Assembly: GCA_963771045.1 (NCBI GenBank)
Contig: CAVYRW010000004.1
Span: 288,001 to 352,000, forward strand
Direction of reading: 5' to 3'
Length of the DNA stretch: 64,000 nt
DNA from: Waddliaceae bacterium
GTDB taxonomy: Bacteria > Chlamydiota > Chlamydiia > Chlamydiales > SLFE01
The notes under the pieces are model-generated. The model was not told where the DNA came from. It did not search any database and saw only the letters and a list, made by a program, of their open reading frames with translations. How positions within the stretch are numbered: position 1 is the stretch's first letter; the number at the start of each line of letters is the position of its first letter. The translations under genes and the position numbers were made by a program. Below, piece after piece: positions 41,760-50,863 of the stretch.

Positions 41760-43289
41760 TTAAGCGGCTGCTTTGACATGGCGGCGTTTCCTCCTATAGT
41801 TAAGGACAACGTAATAATCAATCAGCGAGGCAAAGACATTGCCGGTAAGGATTGCGAGCATGACCCCTTCGGGAAATGCTGGATTAATATAGCGTATGAC
41901 GATCGTGATGATGCCGATAAGGATTCCATAAATCCACCTGGAAACAGGTCTGTCGGGAGAGGAGACCGGATCTGTCGCCATGTAGACAAGGCCGAAGGCA
42001 AGACCTCCTAAAATAAGCATTTTATAGGCGGGAAAACCGAACTGCGCGGCTGTCCAGGCGCCGCCGCCTGGGGCTAAAAGCTGAGATCCCCACTCGAACA
42101 GACTGGCCGTGCCGAAGGCGCCGATGGCATAAGCTGCCATCGTTTTCCAGGATCCGACCCCGAAGAAAATGATCAGAAGGGCGCCGATAATGCAGGCAAG
42201 AGTGCTGGTTTCTCCCATAGATCCCAGTTTATTTCCTAAAAAGAAAAGCCAGTTTCCATTCGTTTCTCCGAGGCCGTATTGAAGGGCGGAGAAATGATAG
42301 GCGTCGTAATAATCTCCGACTGAAAGTCCCAGACCTCCCTCACTGGTCGGAGAGGTGACAAACGACTGCATCTGGCCCGATGTCAATTGTCCCAATTTTG
42401 CCTCGCCTGCACCGTTCCATTTGGCGAAGTATTCCTTGATCAAATCGAAATGGCGGACATTGTCTCCAAGATTGTTTGTCGCAATAGCGTCGACGTGGAT
42501 CTGCTTGATTTCGGCAGAGACATTGAAATTGTTCAATTTACTAGCCTGGGTATAGCCATCAATAGCCGGGCGCCCCGATTCGGCATTCATTTTGACGAGG
42601 CTTTCTCTAACGACAACGGGATTTCTTCCTACCCAAACTTCTCCGGACATCCTTGTCGGATAGGCGAAGAAAAGAAACGCGCGGCAGCAGAGGGCGGGAT
42701 TCATGATATTCATTCCTGTTCCTCCAAACAATTCCTTGCTGAGGACAACGCCGACAACAACGCCGACAGCAACCATCCAGAGAGGAATCGTAGGGGGAAG
42801 GACAAGAGGAAACAGCATCCCGGTAACCAGAAATCCTTCCGCTACATCGTGGCCGCGGACAACGGCAAAGATCATTTCGGCAATGCCTCCAAAAAGATAC
42901 GAGACCAAAACGACTGGAAGGAAGGCAAGGCACCCTTCTTTTAAAATGGTCATCCACCTGTTGTCTTGAGCGGCGAATGCAAAATAATCGCTCAGCGAAC
43001 CTAGCGAGGCCAGGTATTCATCCATGAGGCGGTAGTTTCCGCTTGAATAGACAAAGCTTTGCAGTCCTGTATTCCAGACAGCCATAATGATTGCAGGCAC
43101 CATAGCGAAGACAACAAGCATCATCCACCGTTTTAAATCAGTAGCGTCGCGGATGTGGGGGGCGGTTTTTGTATTTTCCGGCGCTTCGTAGAGGAAAGTA
43201 TCGATTGCGGCAAATGCGGGGCGGAGTTTTTTGAAAATTTTATTCTTTTCCGTTAGAGACATCTGGTAGTCAAGTATCTTTCTGAGCAT
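41760..43289 (-). CDS. nqrB: Na+-NQR subunit B
   Basis: PHIRDATDLKRWM, KELFGGTGMNIMNPAL, GSMGETS, MATDPVS. Confidence 0.93.
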   Translation of the reverse strand: MLRKILDYQMSLTEKNKIFKKLRPAFAAIDTFLYEAPENTKTAPHIRDATDLKRWMMLVVFAMVPAIIMAVWNTGLQSFVYSSGNYRLMDEYLASLGSLSDYFAFAAQDNRWMTILKEGCLAFLPVVLVSYLFGGIAEMIFAVVRGHDVAEGFLVTGMLFPLVLPPTIPLWMVAVGVVVGVVLSKELFGGTGMNIMNPALCCRAFLFFAYPTRMSGEVWVGRNPVVVRESLVKMNAESGRPAIDGYTQASKLNNFNVSAEIKQIHVDAIATNNLGDNVRHFDLIKEYFAKWNGAGEAKLGQLTSGQMQSFVTSPTSEGGLGLSVGDYYDAYHFSALQYGLGETNGNWLFFLGNKLGSMGETSTLACIIGALLIIFFGVGSWKTMAAYAIGAFGTASLFEWGSQLLAPGGGAWTAAQFGFPAYKMLILGGLAFGLVYMATDPVSSPDRPVSRWIYGILIGIITIVIRYINPAFPEGVMLAILTGNVFASLIDYYVVLNYRRKRRHVKAAA

Positions 43290-43306
43290 AGCTTACTTCC
43301 TATTCT

Positions 43307-43466
43307 GTAAGTGTTCGGCAAACTACGTTCCCAGATAACTTGCGGGGGCTTTGGTCTGCTTCGCTACCCTGTTTCGACAACCCCATAAGGGGTTGTCTTC
43401 ATCGGACGCCTTGCATATCTTTGCCCGCGCTTCGTTCTCCGGGAACGTAGTTTGCCGAATACTTAC
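43307..43466. mobile_element. MITE-like palindromic element, copy 1
   Basis: 26-bp TIR with 1 mismatch (GTAAGTGTTCGGCAAACTACGTTCCC); inner hairpin GACAACCCC/GGGGTTGTC; flanks CCTATTCT / CTTATTCT. Confidence 0.8.
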
Positions 43467-43545
43467 CTTATTCTTTTTTAGCGTATCAAAAAAGAGATCA
43501 AAAATAAAATGAAAAAATCTCGGCATTTTTGGTATAAATAGGCCT

Positions 43546-46500
43546 ATGAAAAGACGCAATCTCTTTTTTTTCATTATTTTACCTCTTGTGCTGTTAGGTT
43601 TAGCAGGGGTTTTCTGGAAAAGCCTGCAGCTGACTTTCGTTCAGTGGACTCTTTGCGAGTATTGCGAAAAAAATTTCGGTTACCGAATGAGTTTTAAAAA
43701 GATGGCCTTTCTTGAGAACGGCATCATTTTGATCGAGGAAATGACTTTAAGGCCGGCCGATTCCGAGTCCCTCTCTTACGGAACTTTGACATGTCCTGCC
43801 GCTTATGTGAGAGCCGATCTTGATTTAAGCTCTAAAGCCTTTCATAGTCAGATACATATGCAAAATTTTGAATTGAATCTGGACGATGAACCGATTTGCC
43901 CCGCACAGAATTTGCGCCTTTCATCGGAAAACAGGGGATTCATTATCAGCCCTTCCATTTCATTATCGGGTGAAGGGGCGGTTCGGTGGGACGGACGGCT
44001 GAACGGCTGCATGATCGACTTAGTGTTTGAGGATGATATCTCCGGAATGGTTCAGCTTGAGGAGTTGTCCATCGATATCTGCGGGGCAAGGGGATCGAAA
44101 GAGTTAGTGTTTCGGGGAAAAGATCTCAATGCCGTTAATATCGCGGGTTTGGGAAAAATAATTGTTCCCGATTTGTTTCCCGGGGAAGTCAGGCGGGGAA
44201 GCCTTTCGGGGGCTGTGGTCCTGAGAAACGGGGTTGTGTACGGCGCATTGGAAGCGGAAAACGTGCAGCTTTGCAACGATTCCTTCTATCTGACGCTTCC
44301 GAGTGCCTATATGGACATAGACAGGGGAAAGGGGTATGTCGCCTTTAATTCTGCTCTTATAGAAAATTCCAGCCATAGAATTACCGATATAGAAGGGGCC
44401 TTTGAATTCGAAGGGCCGCAGTGGAATTTGAAAAGCGAAGGAAATTTCCGGGGTATGAAAGCGCGGGCCGATCTCAAATCTTCGGGGTTGGATTTTTATG
44501 AAGGTTCGTTTGTTAAGTTGGAAGCGCAGTGTGCACAAGGAACTTTGTATCTTTCAGGACAAAAGGGGAGGGTGGAATATTCTGGAAGGAGCAGTATTTT
44601 CGGGCTGCCGATGGAGCCCGGTGAATTGTTTATCCGGGCGGAATTGACGAATGTCTCCGGAAATCTTGCCCGAAAAGAGATTGTGATTGAAGGAAAAACC
44701 GAGGATTTTGCCTTGGGTGGAAATGACTGGAAATTTGCGCTTTCCTCCCCCTCTTCGTTTATTATCAGAATGGGCGGCGATAGGGAATGGGTGGATTTTT
44801 CCGGCAGCTTTAGCAAGGGAAAGTTTATTTACGAGCCTGCAAATTTCATTTTAGATGAAATCGTCTCGTCTTTTCAGGGAAACGACAGGCAGATCTCGTT
44901 TGAAAATGTCATAGCTTCTTGCGGTGCCGCCCGTTTTGGCGGCGATGTTTCGATGACCTTAAAACCGTTCTTTGACATTGAAATCTATCAGCATACGCTG
45001 CAGGGAAAAATTTCAGATGTTCGGGAGATATTCGGTAAATTCGGAGTCGATTCCTCTCTATTTTTACTCCCGATTTCCGGAGATCTTACTTACCAGGACG
45101 AGGGAGCTTTTTTTAAATGGAGCGAGTCGGGCGCAGCATTTTCCGGAACAATCGGAGCGACTCTGCAAAACGGGACTCTTGAATTTTCCGATTATGACTT
45201 GTTGTTTCATGACCTTACGTTGAACTTTGTGTATGACATGGCTTCGGATTTCTTGGATATCCGTCAAGGGACCGGCAGTTTTCGTTTGGGTGAAAACAAT
45301 GATCTCGGTTTTGTTGTTGATCACATTATTTGTTCTGATCTTTCCGGCGGGACCTGCGATTTTGATTTTTGGTGCGGGGATAAAAAAAGGGACAAAATTC
45401 GAGTTTGCGGCAAAAGTATCAGAAAAGGGAGAGGGCTTTTGGTCCAATTCGATGAGGAGGCAACTCATTTCGGAACCCTCTATCCCGAAAAGATGACGAT
45501 TGCCATTGACGAGTCGGGATCATTACAGGGTTGCGATTTGGATTTGAGTTTTTCCTGGAATGAGTCGAAAAATGAATTGCAGCAACTGCTTGGCACTTCG
45601 ATCTTTCCGTTTTGCCACAACCTCCAATTGCTGCTTTCCCGCGCAGACATTATGGAAGGGGATTTCGGGGTAAACGCCTGTTATGATAAAAGCCTGGCAA
45701 CGTTGGATTTTCGAATTTTAGGAAAAGAGCTCTTATTTGGGGATTGGACTGTCAGCCAATTCAAGTTTCAGGGCTGCTGCTGCCGCGATCAGTGGAGAAT
45801 ACAGAAATGCGAATTTGACGATTTGTCCCTTGCTGCCGATTTGACTTTGGATAAAGATTGCTATCGCGTGAGTTTTTTGGGATGCCGTTTGGGAAAGATC
45901 TCACTGCTCGGAATGGATGGGAAATTTTTTCCGAAAAACAATCGTGTGGAAGCGAATGTCAACCTTGTGGATATTAATTTTGCCGAATTACATAATATTA
46001 AACCCTTAAGAGGGTTTGTTAAAAAGTTTCGACCCCAGGGGGAGGCCCGGGCAAATTCCGGAAAACTCATTATAGAGATGGCTGAAAATGACTGGTCGAT
46101 TGATTTATCTTTTATTGCCTCTCTTAGAAATTTTTCCTTGCAGGGGATTCCATTTTGCGATGCAGAAAACATAGAAGTTGCATTTCAAACGGATAAAAAG
46201 CTCATCATTAAAAACCTTAAGGCCTCTTCAAACAATGAAAAAGATTCCATTTCTCTCGAGTTAGAGAGAGCTGTCTTTGACTTGGGCTATAACGAGATCG
46301 ATATCAAGGGATTGCATTTTTGCTCTCCCGCCTCGAAATCGGGATGGGCTGCAGGGTTTTTAAGGGACTCGTTTCCAGGGGCTGTCGACGCTTCGCTTGC
46401 GGGCTTTTTAGATGAAATTAAGCCGGGAAACTCTTTTGACGGAGTTTTGGACTTTCAGTTAAACCCTGTTTCAAGTTTTTTATCGGTCCACCTGAAAGAC

Positions 46501-47463
46501 GGGACTTATGAGTTTTTAGGCAAAACTTATACCCTAAAGGATTTTTCTTTTTGTAAAAGAGATCAGGAAATTGAAGTGATGGCAAAATGCTTCGCTTTTA
46601 ATCAATGGTTTGAGCTTCAAACACGATTTTTAGGAAAAACTTTTCCCCACGGGGTGGTTGAAGTGCAAAGCGCCGGAGATGTACTGAACATTTTTTGGAA
46701 GAAAGAGGAAAATTTGCAAATAGAAAGGGTCAATGGAACTTTTGCCGGCTGCCGCATCGATTTGGAACCTGCCCAAAACGGTTTGAAAGGGAGTGTGAAA
46801 AAGGATGGTTTTTCAGGGGAGCTTGAAGCTGCAGCAGGCCGTATTCTTTGCCGCAACATCCGGGGAGAGGCGATGAGCGGCGCTTTTTTCTGTCCTTACG
46901 CTGAAATTTACGAAAACAATCGGATGTGGAAAGTATCCATTCCTAAAATTTTCGCTGGGGAGCTGCATTTGGGCCGTCTGGCCGGATGGGAGGAATTTTT
47001 TGATCATTCATTGATTGTCGATTCGTTGGAAATTACCGATCTTCATGGACCGCCGGAAGATTTGAGCCGATTTGAATGCCGTGGCAAGGCTTCCTTTTCC
47101 AGTGCCGAAAAGCAAAAGAAAATGTTTCCTTTTGTGAAAGAGAAAATAAAAAATATTTCAGTGTTGAGGCCCTCTTCAGGAGACGTTGAATTTTATTTGG
47201 ATTCAGGAAATATAATCCTATCTAAGGTGAATAATATGATTGACGGAAGGCAGTTATTTCGTTACACGCTCCCTTCGTATTATTCAAATCACATAAGCGC
47301 CGATGGGAGTGTCTTTTTTGTTTTTAACTTAATTCCCCACAGCTCAAAGGTGAGGGTGGAAGATTTTATTTCCGTTGTCATTGAAGGAACGGTTGCTCAT
47401 CCGATTTTTTCACTCAAAAAGACAACCGACATGCAGCAAGTCACTCAATATTTGTCTGAATAA
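43546..47463 (+). CDS. large AsmA-like (YhdP/TamB-type) envelope protein, putative
   Basis: 1305 aa, single N-terminal TM, beta-strand-rich, C-terminal VIEGTVAHPIFSL. Confidence 0.6.
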   Translation: MKRRNLFFFIILPLVLLGLAGVFWKSLQLTFVQWTLCEYCEKNFGYRMSFKKMAFLENGIILIEEMTLRPADSESLSYGTLTCPAAYVRADLDLSSKAFHSQIHMQNFELNLDDEPICPAQNLRLSSENRGFIISPSISLSGEGAVRWDGRLNGCMIDLVFEDDISGMVQLEELSIDICGARGSKELVFRGKDLNAVNIAGLGKIIVPDLFPGEVRRGSLSGAVVLRNGVVYGALEAENVQLCNDSFYLTLPSAYMDIDRGKGYVAFNSALIENSSHRITDIEGAFEFEGPQWNLKSEGNFRGMKARADLKSSGLDFYEGSFVKLEAQCAQGTLYLSGQKGRVEYSGRSSIFGLPMEPGELFIRAELTNVSGNLARKEIVIEGKTEDFALGGNDWKFALSSPSSFIIRMGGDREWVDFSGSFSKGKFIYEPANFILDEIVSSFQGNDRQISFENVIASCGAARFGGDVSMTLKPFFDIEIYQHTLQGKISDVREIFGKFGVDSSLFLLPISGDLTYQDEGAFFKWSESGAAFSGTIGATLQNGTLEFSDYDLLFHDLTLNFVYDMASDFLDIRQGTGSFRLGENNDLGFVVDHIICSDLSGGTCDFDFWCGDKKRDKIRVCGKSIRKGRGLLVQFDEEATHFGTLYPEKMTIAIDESGSLQGCDLDLSFSWNESKNELQQLLGTSIFPFCHNLQLLLSRADIMEGDFGVNACYDKSLATLDFRILGKELLFGDWTVSQFKFQGCCCRDQWRIQKCEFDDLSLAADLTLDKDCYRVSFLGCRLGKISLLGMDGKFFPKNNRVEANVNLVDINFAELHNIKPLRGFVKKFRPQGEARANSGKLIIEMAENDWSIDLSFIASLRNFSLQGIPFCDAENIEVAFQTDKKLIIKNLKASSNNEKDSISLELERAVFDLGYNEIDIKGLHFCSPASKSGWAAGFLRDSFPGAVDASLAGFLDEIKPGNSFDGVLDFQLNPVSSFLSVHLKDGTYEFLGKTYTLKDFSFCKRDQEIEVMAKCFAFNQWFELQTRFLGKTFPHGVVEVQSAGDVLNIFWKKEENLQIERVNGTFAGCRIDLEPAQNGLKGSVKKDGFSGELEAAAGRILCRNIRGEAMSGAFFCPYAEIYENNRMWKVSIPKIFAGELHLGRLAGWEEFFDHSLIVDSLEITDLHGPPEDLSRFECRGKASFSSAEKQKKMFPFVKEKIKNISVLRPSSGDVEFYLDSGNIILSKVNNMIDGRQLFRYTLPSYYSNHISADGSVFFVFNLIPHSSKVRVEDFISVVIEGTVAHPIFSLKKTTDMQQVTQYLSE

Positions 47464-48119
47464 TGATCAATCCGATAATCTCTTTTCTTTATCCCCCCAA
47501 TTGCCTGGCATGCGGAGGAGCGTGCCGGATTCCCGAACACAGGCTTTGCGAATCTTGCGTCTCTTTACTCGAACTTGCCGATCCTATAGAGCATTGCCGT
47601 CTTGCTTATCCTTTTTCGGGACTGGCCTCCGCCTTTGAGTTTTCACCTCCGCAGGCTATGCTTGTGAATCATTTGAAATATCGGAGGCAGCACTATTTGG
47701 CCAAGTCGCTAGCAGCCTTCATGATTTTGCAATTCATCAGACATGACTGGCCCCTGCCCGATGCGGTCATGTCTGTTCCCATGCCTTTTGTTTATCGTTT
47801 ATTTTCCGGAGAGGGCCCGGGAGCCTTAATCGGCAGGGAGGCGGCTCATTTTCTTGGACGTCCCTATATCGGCGGCGTCAAATGCACCGTTGATAGACAT
47901 GCCTCTTATCGTTTTTCTTTGAAATCTTTTTTAGATATTCGGGATAAGACTCTATTGTTAATTGATGATGTTATCAAGCCGGGAGAAGCCATTTTTTCTT
48001 GCGGGGAAGCGCTTTTGGAAGGTTTTCCTAAACGCCTTTACGGCCTTGGGGTTTGTTTAGATCCATCGTTTTATTCTGAAGAACAGGAGCATCGAGCCGC
48101 TGACGGCAAACATAAATAA
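47463..48119 (+). CDS. comF: ComF family protein (zinc ribbon plus PRTase-like)
   Basis: YPPNCLACG, LCESC, LKY, VPM, LLIDDVI. Confidence 0.75.
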   Translation: MINPIISFLYPPNCLACGGACRIPEHRLCESCVSLLELADPIEHCRLAYPFSGLASAFEFSPPQAMLVNHLKYRRQHYLAKSLAAFMILQFIRHDWPLPDAVMSVPMPFVYRLFSGEGPGALIGREAAHFLGRPYIGGVKCTVDRHASYRFSLKSFLDIRDKTLLLIDDVIKPGEAIFSCGEALLEGFPKRLYGLGVCLDPSFYSEEQEHRAADGKHK

Positions 48120-49112
48120 TGTCATGACAAAAAACCCCCAAGTATTGTGGATGCCCGGCATAAAGTCAAAATTCATACCGTAAATCCCGGTTAAAAATGT
48201 GATGGGGGCAAAGATTGTAGCCACGACCGTCAAGACTTTCATGATTTCATTGAGCCTTTGACTGATAGTCGACATATAGATCTCGAGCATTCCTCCGACA
48301 ATGTCGCGAAATCCTTCGATAGTATCGATTGCCTGGATGGTGTGATCGTAGACATCGTGGATATAAAAGTGCGTTTCTTTTTGAATAAGGGTAGAGTCCA
48401 GCCGCATAAATTGGCTGATCAATTCCCTCATCGGCCAAACCGTGCGTCTCAAAACCGTCATTTCTCTTTTGATTTTCTGGATTTTATATAGAGTTTTCGT
48501 TGAAGGGTCGTGAACCAATTCATCTTCTAGCTTTCCCAGCTTCTCATCAACTTGCGCCAGGATAACAAAATATTTATCGACGATGATATCAATTAAGGTA
48601 TAGGTTAAATAATCGGCTCCAAGCCTTCTGATTCTGTTATTTCCTCTTCTGATTCTCTCTTTGATGGGGCTGATGACTCCGGCTTCGACATTGAAAAAAG
48701 AGATCACATAATTCTTTCCTAAAATTATGCTCACTTGATAATCGACGACTTTTTTGGTTGGCTTGTCAAAATCCAGAAGGCGCAAGATAATGAAGACGTT
48801 GTCTTCGTAAGTTTCTATCTTGGATCTTTCTCCTGAACTGGCTATATCTTCTAAAAGAAGAGGGTGAAGTTGAAAGATTTTTCCTATTTTTTCCATGGCG
48901 GATGGATTGTGAGTGCCGGTAACATTGATCCACGTCACACCTTCTTTATTCAGATATTCCAGGCACTCTTCTATGTGAATGTTCTGACGTTCTTCGATTA
49001 TCTCCTGATTATAATAGGTTAAAGAGATAAGAAGATTTTCAATTTCATCACCGGGATGAAGCTCCAGACTTCCTGGCGGAGATCCGACTGAGTTGTCTAA
49101 ATCCTGGCTCAT
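48057..49112 (-). CDS. corA: magnesium/cobalt transporter CorA
   Basis: HPLLLEDI, NEIMKVLT, GIYGMNF. Confidence 0.95.
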   Translation of the reverse strand: MSQDLDNSVGSPPGSLELHPGDEIENLLISLTYYNQEIIEERQNIHIEECLEYLNKEGVTWINVTGTHNPSAMEKIGKIFQLHPLLLEDIASSGERSKIETYEDNVFIILRLLDFDKPTKKVVDYQVSIILGKNYVISFFNVEAGVISPIKERIRRGNNRIRRLGADYLTYTLIDIIVDKYFVILAQVDEKLGKLEDELVHDPSTKTLYKIQKIKREMTVLRRTVWPMRELISQFMRLDSTLIQKETHFYIHDVYDHTIQAIDTIEGFRDIVGGMLEIYMSTISQRLNEIMKVLTVVATIFAPITFLTGIYGMNFDFMPGIHNTWGFFVMTLFMFAVSGSMLLFFRIKRWI

Positions 49113-49164
49113 AACTATCCTGCCGTGAGAGGCTCCTTGCAGCTCACTGTAGCATAAGCTTGAT

Positions 49165-50514
49165 TTAGACTTCCAAATTGCGTTTTACAAGATCAATTTG
49201 ACGCTTAAGTCTCTCATCTTCTTTGATTTTTTGCTCTATAGCTCTGCAGGCGTGCAGAATAGTAGAGTGGGTTTTGTTGAAATAAACCCCTAAAGACATC
49301 AAAGAGTCGTTGACGAGCATTTTAGAGAGATACATGGCAACCTGGCGGGCTATGGCGACCGTTTTGGTGCGGGCGGAGCCTTTCAGATCGCTCACGCGGA
49401 CCTGGAATATTGTGGCGACGCTTTTGAGGATTTGTTCCACAGTGATTGTTTGTTTTGGAGACTGCTGGAACATTTCTCCCAAAGTGTTGATCACCAGGTC
49501 GCGGGTGATTGATGTATTCAGAAGGCGGCTATGAGCGTTCAGGCGGTTGATGGCCCCCTCCAGCTGCCTCACGTTGTTATACAGATGTTCGGCGATAAAG
49601 AAGGCGATGTCATTGGGTAGGTCAAGCTCTTTTTGTTCCGATTTATGCTTCAGAATGGCAACACGCGTTTCGAGATCGGGTATTCCCATGTGGGCCACAA
49701 GGCCCCACTCCATGCGCGCCTTCATCCTTTCAGAGAGCTTCAATTGAGATGGCGGTTTGTCGCAGGTCAAGACAACTTGCTTTCCATTGTTGGCGTAATG
49801 ATCGAGCAGGATGCAGAACTCTTCTTCGAAGTTAAGCCTGTTTTGCAGGAATTGAATATCGTCGATGAGCAAGACGTCGACATCGGAGCGATAGAACCGT
49901 TTCATCTTATCGACGGTTTTTCTCCTCAGGTTCTCTACCAGATCATTGATAAATCCTTCCGTAGTGATCAGCTGGATCCGTTTTTTCTTGTCGTTGCCTA
50001 CGATATGATGTCCTATGCTGTGGAGGATGTGTGTTTTTCCAAGTCCCACTCCGCCGTGAATAAAGAGGGGATTGTAAGATTTGCCGGGACGGTTGGCCAC
50101 CCCCATGGCAGCGGATTTGATAAACTGGTTGGAGGACCCTTCGATGAATGTTGAAAATTTGTAGCGGTGGTTCAGCTTGACTTCATAAAAGTTCGACTGG
50201 GGCGCAGGCAGCGGAACAGGTTTCGTTTTCACTGCCTGCGGCAAGGCAGGTTCAGCTGCGGGCGCTTCAATGATAAAGTTAATGGCGGGATCGCCATTTT
50301 CCCGAACTGGCAAGAACATTCCGAGTTCTTTTTTATAATTGGACAGGAGGTATTCCTGAACAAAGATATTGGGAACGACCAGAGTGATATCCTCTTCTGT
50401 TGCTTCTTTCACAACAATAGGGGCAAGCCAGTTCCCGTATGCTGCAGCCGAGCAGCGCTCTTTGACATAGGTTAAAAATTGTGTCCAAGCTTCCTGAGTA
50501 TCACAAGCGAGCAT
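49165..50514 (-). CDS. dnaA: chromosomal replication initiator DnaA (chlamydial copy near nqr)
   Basis: YNPLFIHGGVGLGKTH, LLIDDIQF, NVRQLEGA, ARQVAMY, HSTILHA. Confidence 0.95.
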   Translation of the reverse strand: MLACDTQEAWTQFLTYVKERCSAAAYGNWLAPIVVKEATEEDITLVVPNIFVQEYLLSNYKKELGMFLPVRENGDPAINFIIEAPAAEPALPQAVKTKPVPLPAPQSNFYEVKLNHRYKFSTFIEGSSNQFIKSAAMGVANRPGKSYNPLFIHGGVGLGKTHILHSIGHHIVGNDKKKRIQLITTEGFINDLVENLRRKTVDKMKRFYRSDVDVLLIDDIQFLQNRLNFEEEFCILLDHYANNGKQVVLTCDKPPSQLKLSERMKARMEWGLVAHMGIPDLETRVAILKHKSEQKELDLPNDIAFFIAEHLYNNVRQLEGAINRLNAHSRLLNTSITRDLVINTLGEMFQQSPKQTITVEQILKSVATIFQVRVSDLKGSARTKTVAIARQVAMYLSKMLVNDSLMSLGVYFNKTHSTILHACRAIEQKIKEDERLKRQIDLVKRNLEV

Positions 50515-50863
50515 AGTTTCGGTTCCTTCAAGTCTTATAAAAGTCGGTAAATTCAATTAGCTATTGGACAATTCTGGTGATGTTTAACCTTACTTATGTC
50601 TTCAGCAGCTAACTTTGAAAATTCTGCCGGTTCTTTTATTATTTGTTACAAGTTTTTGTCATCTTTTTTCCTCAAAAGGGTTGAAGGAAAAATCAAAATG
50701 GGTTATGAACATTGTTTCCACAACCTATTCTCAGGCTGTTTCAATCAAGAATCTATCATTTGGATTGATACGTTGCAACAAAAAATCCTTCCATTTTTTG
50801 CCTGAAAAACTAAGTTGCTGATAATCAAAATGAGGCAATTTGAAAAAAAATGAGATCGCATTT

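Noticed and set aside
47463..48119. Evidence for natural competence from comF
   Set aside because: ComF homologs are widespread in non-competent bacteria and no other uptake genes are in the window.
50515..50863. oriC upstream of dnaA
   Set aside because: Only one imperfect DnaA box (GTTTCCACA, 50714..50722) and one imperfect IHF-like site; no box cluster. At most autoregulatory.
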